DNA from: an uncultured bacterium
Lineage (GTDB): Bacteria > Hydrothermota > UBA3072
Direction of reading: 5' to 3'
Assembly: GCA_964422805.1 (NCBI GenBank)
Contig: CAYRCN010000001.1
Coordinates: 1 to 31,651 of the forward strand
DNA length: 31,651 nucleotides
In this document: piece after piece, positions 26,357 to 31,651 of the stretch
Position numbering within the stretch: position 1 is the stretch's first letter
Layout: each line of letters opens with the position of its first letter
Position numbers and translations under genes: made by a program
Notes under the pieces: model-generated
Told to the model about the DNA's origin: nothing
What the model saw: the letters and a program-made list of their open reading frames with translations, nothing else
Databases searched by the model: none

Positions 26357-26385
26357 ATGTTACAAAAATTAGATTTGAAAGTCAA
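26357..26385 (-). promoter_or_regulatory. Probable MCP promoter (TTGACT-17-TAACAT)
   Basis: Minus-strand hexamers at 26385-26380 and 26362-26357, downstream of an intrinsic terminator. Confidence 0.5.
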
Positions 26386-26433
26386 GAGTCCAATTTATAA
26401 CTTTTGCTGTTTTTCAAAAATTTTGAGCATAAT

Positions 26434-26463
26434 AAAAAAGGGCCGGGTTTCCCCAGCCCTTTT
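26434..26463 (-). terminator. Intrinsic terminator after glyA-aminotransferase
   Basis: Minus strand GGGCUGGG-GAAA-CCCGGCCC followed by U6. Confidence 0.88.
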
Positions 26464-26481
26464 CCCATCTTGCAATTCCCC

Positions 26482-27549
26482 CTAACCGATGATGTCTTCA
26501 ATTTCTCCTAAAAGCCAATTGATTTCTTCGACAGTCAAATCTCCCATATGCGCAATTCTAAATGTTTTCTCTTTTAAGTTGCCGTATCCGTTAGAAATGT
26601 AAGCTCCTCTCTTGGATAGTTCCTCGTTAAGACCTTTAATTGAAATATCTTTGGTGTTATTTATGCAGGTTACTGTGGGCGAAAGATTGTTTTCATCTGC
26701 AAAAAGCGAAAAGTTTTCTCTTGCCCAATTTTGTACTATAGAAGCCATCTCGGAGTGTCTTTTAAAACGGTTTTCTACACCTTCTTGATTTACTATTTTC
26801 TCCAGTTGATAATTAAGAGCGGCTATCAAATTAAGAGCAGCTGTTATAGATGGCTGTTTTGCCTTATCCCAGTATTTTTTATATTGCAAGAAGTCAAAAT
26901 AGTATCCTTTGTCTTCCGCCTCGGCGGAACGCTTCATTGCTTTTTCGCTTACAGATGCAATTGCCAGTCCCGGAGGGAGAGCAAAACACTTTTGTGACGA
27001 AGCAGCGACATAATCGATACCCCAATCGTCGACTCTTATCTCTGCCCCCGCCATCGAAGACACAGCATCGACACATAAAATTACATCAGGATATTTGCTT
27101 ACTACTTCTGCAACTTCTTTAAGGGGATTCATGACACCGGTTGATGTCTCATTATGTGTTATAAATACGGTGTCAAATTTTCCGGTTTTTAGTTTTTCTT
27201 CTATATCTTCGGGGGAAATACCTTTTCCCCATTCGTATTCTAAAACTTCAAAATCTTTTTGACAGCTTTTTGATATTTCTGCCCATCTTTTACCGAAAGC
27301 TCCGCATACCGAATGAAGAGCTCCTTTTTTTACGCAATTCCTAACCGCCGCTTCCATCAAACCGGTTCCCGAACAGGTTCCTATAATAATAAAATTATCC
27401 GTAAAAAGAACTTTTTGAAGTTTTGTTATGGTTTGATCCATCAATTCCGAGGTTTCCGGCATTCTGTGACCGAACATTGGGAAATCCATCGCTTTTCTAA
27501 CGTCTTCCCTGACTTCTGTCGGGCCGGGGATAAATAATTTCCTGTACAT
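26482..27549 (-). CDS. Class-V PLP aminotransferase (alanine-glyoxylate / serine-pyruvate family)
   Basis: 355 aa; LFIPGPTEV, FGHR, THNETSTGVMN, DAVSS, PLP-Lys SSQKCFALPPG, FRIAHMG. Confidence 0.9.
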   Translation of the reverse strand: MYRKLFIPGPTEVREDVRKAMDFPMFGHRMPETSELMDQTITKLQKVLFTDNFIIIGTCSGTGLMEAAVRNCVKKGALHSVCGAFGKRWAEISKSCQKDFEVLEYEWGKGISPEDIEEKLKTGKFDTVFITHNETSTGVMNPLKEVAEVVSKYPDVILCVDAVSSMAGAEIRVDDWGIDYVAASSQKCFALPPGLAIASVSEKAMKRSAEAEDKGYYFDFLQYKKYWDKAKQPSITAALNLIAALNYQLEKIVNQEGVENRFKRHSEMASIVQNWARENFSLFADENNLSPTVTCINNTKDISIKGLNEELSKRGAYISNGYGNLKEKTFRIAHMGDLTVEEINWLLGEIEDIIG

Positions 27550-28811
27550 CAGTCCTCCTTTCTTCCTTGTCTGATTTCTGGGTATAAAGGAAATTCTTCT
27601 GCTATTTCTTTAACTTCTCCTCTTACTTCTTCTATTACTTTTTCATCGTCGATTTTTGTAAGAACTTTATCAATCAATTGTGCTATTTTCTTTATTTCTT
27701 CTTCTTTTATTCCCCTGGAAGTTAAAGCAGGGGTACCAATTCTTATACCGCTTGCTATAAATGGTTTTTCTTTATCAAAAGGAATCGTATTTTTATTTAC
27801 GGTTATTTTTGCCTTATCAAGGGCTTCCTCAGCCTGTTTGCCTGTGATGCCCTTACTTTTGACATCTACAAGGATTAAATGAGTATCAGTACCATCGGCA
27901 ACAAGCCTCCATCCTAGTCTCTTAAACTCTTGCTCGAATGCTTTAGCATTCAATTTTATCTGATGCTGGTATTTTTTGAATTCAGGAGAGAGAGCTTCCT
28001 TGAACGCAACGGCTTTTGCAGCAATCGTATGCATATGGGGTCCACCCTGCAGGCCCGGGAAAATGGCTTTATCTATAGCTTTTGCCCATTTCTCCTTGCA
28101 GAGGATTATTGCGCTTCTCGGACCTCTGAGCGTTTTATGCGTGGTGGTCGATACCGCCTCCGCATAAGGTATTGGCGAGGGATGTTCTCCGGCGACAATA
28201 AGACCTGCAATATGGGCAATATCAGCCACGAGGTATGCCCCTACCTCGTCACAAATTTCTTTGAATTTATCCCAGTGAAGTGTCCTTGGATAGGCGGACG
28301 CACCGGTCATAATCAGCTTAGGCTTTTTCTCTCTCGCCAGTTTTAGCAGTTCATCATAATTTATCTGCTCAGTTTTAGGATCTACGGTGTACTGAAAAGT
28401 TTCCCAAAAAGTGCCAGTAAAGCTCACTTTATAACCGTGTGAGAGGTGTCCGCCATGCGAAAGAGAAAGTCCGAAAAACAAATCTCCCGGTTCGAGTAGA
28501 GCCGAGTATATTGCCATGTTAGCCGGGACTCCGGAGAGAGGTTGGACATTTACGTGTTCTGCGCCAAATAGTTTCTTGGCTCTTTCGATAGCGAGATTCT
28601 CTACAACATCCATCCATGTGCAACCACCGTAGTATCGCTTGCCTGGATAGCCTTCCGCGTATTTGTTTGTCATTACCGAACCCATAGCCTCGAGCACAGC
28701 AATTGACACAAAATTCTCGGAAGCTATAAGCTCGAGATTATCGTGTTCCCTGGTGGCTTCCCCAATTATGGCTTTGTAGACTTCAGGGTCCGTTTTAAAT
28801 AGTTTATCCAT
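27549..28811 (-). CDS. glyA: Serine hydroxymethyltransferase
   Basis: 420 aa; [51 protein letters not shown]. Confidence 0.97.
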   Translation of the reverse strand: MDKLFKTDPEVYKAIIGEATREHDNLELIASENFVSIAVLEAMGSVMTNKYAEGYPGKRYYGGCTWMDVVENLAIERAKKLFGAEHVNVQPLSGVPANMAIYSALLEPGDLFFGLSLSHGGHLSHGYKVSFTGTFWETFQYTVDPKTEQINYDELLKLAREKKPKLIMTGASAYPRTLHWDKFKEICDEVGAYLVADIAHIAGLIVAGEHPSPIPYAEAVSTTTHKTLRGPRSAIILCKEKWAKAIDKAIFPGLQGGPHMHTIAAKAVAFKEALSPEFKKYQHQIKLNAKAFEQEFKRLGWRLVADGTDTHLILVDVKSKGITGKQAEEALDKAKITVNKNTIPFDKEKPFIASGIRIGTPALTSRGIKEEEIKKIAQLIDKVLTKIDDEKVIEEVRGEVKEIAEEFPLYPEIRQGRKED

Positions 28812-28852
28812 GTTTTAATACCCCTCTTTTTAAAATTTCAGGTTCTGCCACT

Positions 28853-28880
28853 ATTATATTTTGATAATTTTCCTTGTCAA
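28853..28880 (-). promoter_or_regulatory. glyA promoter, perfect TTGACA-16-TATAAT
   Basis: Minus strand TTGACA aggaaaattatcaaaa TATAAT. Confidence 0.85.
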
Positions 28881-28913
28881 GTCTAAAAACCCCTCCTTAC
28901 CAAAAATTAATCT

Positions 28914-28939
28914 CACACAGAGACACAGAGGACACGGAG
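28914..28939. repeat. Three degenerate ACACAGAG units (8-9 nt period)
   Basis: cacacagag acacagag gacacggag; no inverted partner seen nearby. Confidence 0.55.
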
Positions 28940-29039
28940 TCACTCCACTCTCAACCGTCTAATTTATTTTGTTTTTTAACTCCACCCCAACCAACTAAAA
29001 AGTTAAATCTGGAGTCCAAACACTTCTTAACAAACACTC

Positions 29040-29067
29040 TTGACATTAGCTTATTTTCCGCTACCAT
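29040..29067 (+). promoter_or_regulatory. pfkA promoter (TTGACA-16-TACCAT), predicted TSS at the ATG
   Basis: The -10 ends at 29067 and the ATG is at 29074; no SD. Confidence 0.75.
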
Positions 29068-29073
29068 AAATAT

Positions 29074-30045
29074 ATGAAAAAAATAGGGATCGTAACACCC
29101 GGAGGTGACGCTCCGGGGATGAATACGGCGATCGGAACTGTCTTGAGACTTTGTAGAAATGAAACGGGAGAGCTAATTGGTATTAATGACGGATACAGTG
29201 GTCTAATAAAAAAAGATTATTTCGATTTTTCCAAGACCCGTTCCGATACAATCATGGGGGTAAGTGGTACCATACTACATTCGGCAAGAATGCCCTCATT
29301 TAAGCAGGAGAAAGTTGTAAAAGAAGCAGCAGAGAATCTTTTAAAAGAAAAAATAGAAGGACTTATTGTTATCGGGGGCGACGGTTCTTTTAAAGGGGCA
29401 ACGTCTCTTAATAAACATTCGGGAGTGCCTGTGGTGGGTATACCCGCCTCGATTGATAACGACATCTATGGGACTGACGAAACAATAGGATTCGATACAG
29501 CCTGCAATACTGCTCTTGAGGCGATTAACAAAATTAAAGATACGGCTATATCTTTCGAAAGAATTTTTGTCGTCGAGGTAATGGGGAAGAAAAGAGGTTT
29601 TCTTGCACTTGAGGTAGGGATAGTTTCTGGGGCAGATGCAATTCTAATTCCCGAAGTAGAATCACCTATTTCGGAAATAGTTGAAGGACTTAAAAGAGAG
29701 AAGTTGAAAGGGCAAAATGATGCGATAATAGTTATGGCGGAAGGTGTAGAGGGGAAGGAAAAAATCCCTTCTTTGATAGAAGAAAAAACCAAGTGCTCTA
29801 CCAGAAGATCGTCTCTCGGTTATATACAAAGAGGAGGAGCGCCGACAAGAAGAAGCAGAATGCTGGCGGTCGAGTTCGCGAGTCACGCTTACGAATTAAT
29901 AAAAAACTCTCCCACGAGACCGGTAATGATTGGGCTCCATGGTGAAGAAATCACAGCAATGGACCTCGAACAGTCGGTTGACGGGCATAAAGAAATAGAT
30001 TTCGAAAGATATAAACTACATAGACTTTTATCAAACATTTACTAG
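29074..30045 (+). CDS. pfkA: ATP-dependent 6-phosphofructokinase (PfkA family)
   Basis: 323 aa; GGDAPGMN, GGDGS (Gly, ATP-type), PASIDND, GFDTA, LGYIQRGG. Confidence 0.9.
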   Translation: MKKIGIVTPGGDAPGMNTAIGTVLRLCRNETGELIGINDGYSGLIKKDYFDFSKTRSDTIMGVSGTILHSARMPSFKQEKVVKEAAENLLKEKIEGLIVIGGDGSFKGATSLNKHSGVPVVGIPASIDNDIYGTDETIGFDTACNTALEAINKIKDTAISFERIFVVEVMGKKRGFLALEVGIVSGADAILIPEVESPISEIVEGLKREKLKGQNDAIIVMAEGVEGKEKIPSLIEEKTKCSTRRSSLGYIQRGGAPTRRSRMLAVEFASHAYELIKNSPTRPVMIGLHGEEITAMDLEQSVDGHKEIDFERYKLHRLLSNIY

Positions 30046-30110
30046 ATTAGGTGTTAGGGTTAAGCCTGACTACCTCCTGCGGATGCAGAAAATTGTTTTG
30101 TTCCTACCTG

Positions 30111-30287
30111 AATATAAATTAAATATCAAAAATTAAAAAGTAAAATTACAGAGTAAAATGCAAAAATATTTCTTCCTGTGACTGTAAAGAAAAAATGTTT
30201 GTGTTATTGACATAATTTGCTGTTTTTTGATTTTATTTTTTAATTTTAATTTGTCATTTTCCATTTTGATATTTGATTTTTACATTC
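30111..30287. repeat. AT-rich inverted pair of approximately period-7 arrays (long imperfect hairpin) between convergent genes
   Basis: Left arm aaattaa atatcaa aaattaa aaagtaa...aaaatgcaaaa. Right arm ...tcatttt ccatttt gatattt gattttt acatt. An 11-nt AAATATCAAAA/TTTTGATATTT exact pairing. Confidence 0.75.
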
Positions 30288-30320
30288 CGGGGAGCTTTGT
30301 TACACCAGATAATAAATTTT

Positions 30321-31651
30321 TTAGTTTTTCATGTTAAATATCTTGTCTATCTCTTTCTCGACTTCTTCAGCTTCTTTTATCATCCCCCTTTCTTTATAAT
30401 CTCTCATTAATTTTTCATATAACATCCTGTTTTTAGGGTTCAATTCAATTGCCTCCAAAAGAAAAGATTCGGCAGTTTCTGCAGCATCCTTATTATAGAT
30501 ATTTTGTTTATACCGTTTAAAGAACTCATATTTTTTAAAGGGTAATTCCCAATCAATTGGATTGCTTTCCATAGCTCTTGAGTGAAGGTAAAAAGCAAAA
30601 GACAGATACCCAAGCAATCCTGTTTCATAAAACAGCTGTTCATTAGCTGTTGCAAGAGATGTGGAATAAGCAGGAAGGGGCCATAGAGATTCTGATAGAG
30701 AAAGATAATACAGAGCTTTTCCGTATTCTTTATTGTTGAATGCTGTTTCCCCCTTTTTTGATAAAAAATAGGCGGATAATGGTATTATATAAACAAAAGA
30801 TAATAAAACGAATATGAGTTTACCCGGTAAAGAAAAATTAATCTTATATTCTTCAGCCGATTCGTCTGCAGTGAAAAGGAGAACAATTAAAATAAGAAAA
30901 TTCGCCGGGAGGTATAGAATGTTGTCTAAAAGAGAATGAATAAAAATAACCGTAATTAAAATTCTCTCGAATTTGCCGATTTTTTTAAAATTCGTAAAAA
31001 ACACAAAGAATAAATACAGATAGGATAAAAATAAAATTATTCCGCCTTCGGCAAAACAGTGCAGGAACTCATTATGTGCGATTCTTGCCTTCCTTAAATA
31101 TTTTCCTTCAACCGGGAAATTGTACCGAAGAGAAGCCTTTTGGTAACTCCTTAATCCCCAGCCGGATAAAGGTCTATCCAGTCCTGTCTTTATTGCCTGT
31201 TTCCAGAGATTCGGACGCTGAAGAGAATATACCTCGACATGTCCAATTACCCTTTTCTTGATGGGGTTAGGAACAAAAAGGACAAGCCCAATTAGAATCG
31301 GGGCAATAAATGCGAAAATTTTACGCTCAAAAAGGAAAAGAGGCAAAACGAGAATTAAAACGAGTACGATCCTGGAGCCTGTCAGAACCGAGAACACAAA
31401 AAACAATATCATTAAGGAGTATCTTATTGCTTTGTTTCCCAGCTTAAAACTATACAGAAAGCCAAAAACGAGGGGTAATACGAAGAAATTAGCATATTCG
31501 TAAGTTCCGCTAACCCTCGCGGAGCCGATCTGAAAAAAACATACAACAAGCTCAATCAGGCAAAAAATAAAAATGCTTAACAGAAGAGCTTTTTTATCCG
31601 GTTTAATTAAAAGTAAAGCAATAAAAAAAATCAGATAAGCAAAATACTCTA
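30321..31651 (-). CDS. O-antigen ligase-family membrane protein with C-terminal TPR-like helices (5' end outside the window)
   Basis: The frame stays open to the window edge; upstream of the ORF-track ATG it reads ..RVSGTYEYANFF..; contains TGSR, W..A......PLSGWG, AHNEFLH and HSLLD. Confidence 0.85.
   Translation of the reverse strand, partial: EYFAYLIFFIALLLIKPDKKALLLSIFIFCLIELVVCFFQIGSARVSGTYEYANFFVLPLVFGFLYSFKLGNKAIRYSLMILFFVFSVLTGSRIVLVLILVLPLFLFERKIFAFIAPILIGLVLFVPNPIKKRVIGHVEVYSLQRPNLWKQAIKTGLDRPLSGWGLRSYQKASLRYNFPVEGKYLRKARIAHNEFLHCFAEGGIILFLSYLYLFFVFFTNFKKIGKFERILITVIFIHSLLDNILYLPANFLILIVLLFTADESAEEYKINFSLPGKLIFVLLSFVYIIPLSAYFLSKKGETAFNNKEYGKALYYLSLSESLWPLPAYSTSLATANEQLFYETGLLGYLSFAFYLHSRAMESNPIDWELPFKKYEFFKRYKQNIYNKDAAETAESFLLEAIELNPKNRMLYEKLMRDYKERGMIKEAEEVEKEIDKIFNMKN

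Noticed and set aside
28874-29077. 67-aa ORF upstream of pfkA
   Set aside because: It spans two promoters and a repeat; its HRDTEDTE stretch is simply the ACACAGAG repeat translated.
30207-30212. TTGACA in the core of the hairpin element
   Set aside because: No TANNNT at 16-18 bp and no downstream gene on that strand.
96-30287. Repeat arrays as CRISPR
   Set aside because: Units are 7-9 nt, degenerate and without spacers; no cas genes.
328-31503. Numerous 60-160 aa alternative-frame or antisense ORFs (e.g. 328-591, 5430-5714, 7202-7627, 12881-13360, 27930-28346, 31258-31503)
   Set aside because: They are nested in well-supported genes, have no motifs or SD, and are consistent with shadow ORFs.

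Overview
AT-rich, densely coding chromosomal window from a diderm bacterium (TolC, Omp85 barrel, O-antigen ligase; standard code with TGA/TAA/TAG stops). The style resembles a WOR-3/FCB-adjacent anaerobe, but taxonomy cannot be fixed from this window. Gene content in order: argG-argH-argR (minus); a divergent MFS transporter; gcvT-gcvH-gcvPA with no gcvPB; a MacAB/TolC-type efflux operon plus a DUF4097 protein; a CBM9-like/DUF5916 outer-membrane protein followed by blaI and a 52-codon blaR1 stub; an orphan HMGL-like aldolase; a small Zn-ribbon protein, comM/yifB, a membrane protein, a metalloprotease-propeller-Omp85 fusion and coaE; mscS; an orphan MCP; glyA with a class-V aminotransferase; pfkA; and a partial O-antigen-ligase/TPR gene. 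I found no rRNA, tRNA, CRISPR array or transposase. The strongest non-routine signals are: (1) a perfect 37-bp double TACA-N2-TGTA BlaI operator over the DUF5916 promoter, with a blaI whose only plausible full-length start is ACG and a truncated sensor; (2) period-7 repeat arrays at four intergenic junctions, two at apparent synteny breaks; (3) two outer-membrane proteins with only 8-9-residue, charge-free N-terminal signals; (4) 7 of 9 recognisable sigma70 promoters with a 16-bp spacer, including a leaderless pfkA; (5) ARG boxes that implicate the MFS gene in the ArgR regulon. All calls come from manual reading; no searches were run.
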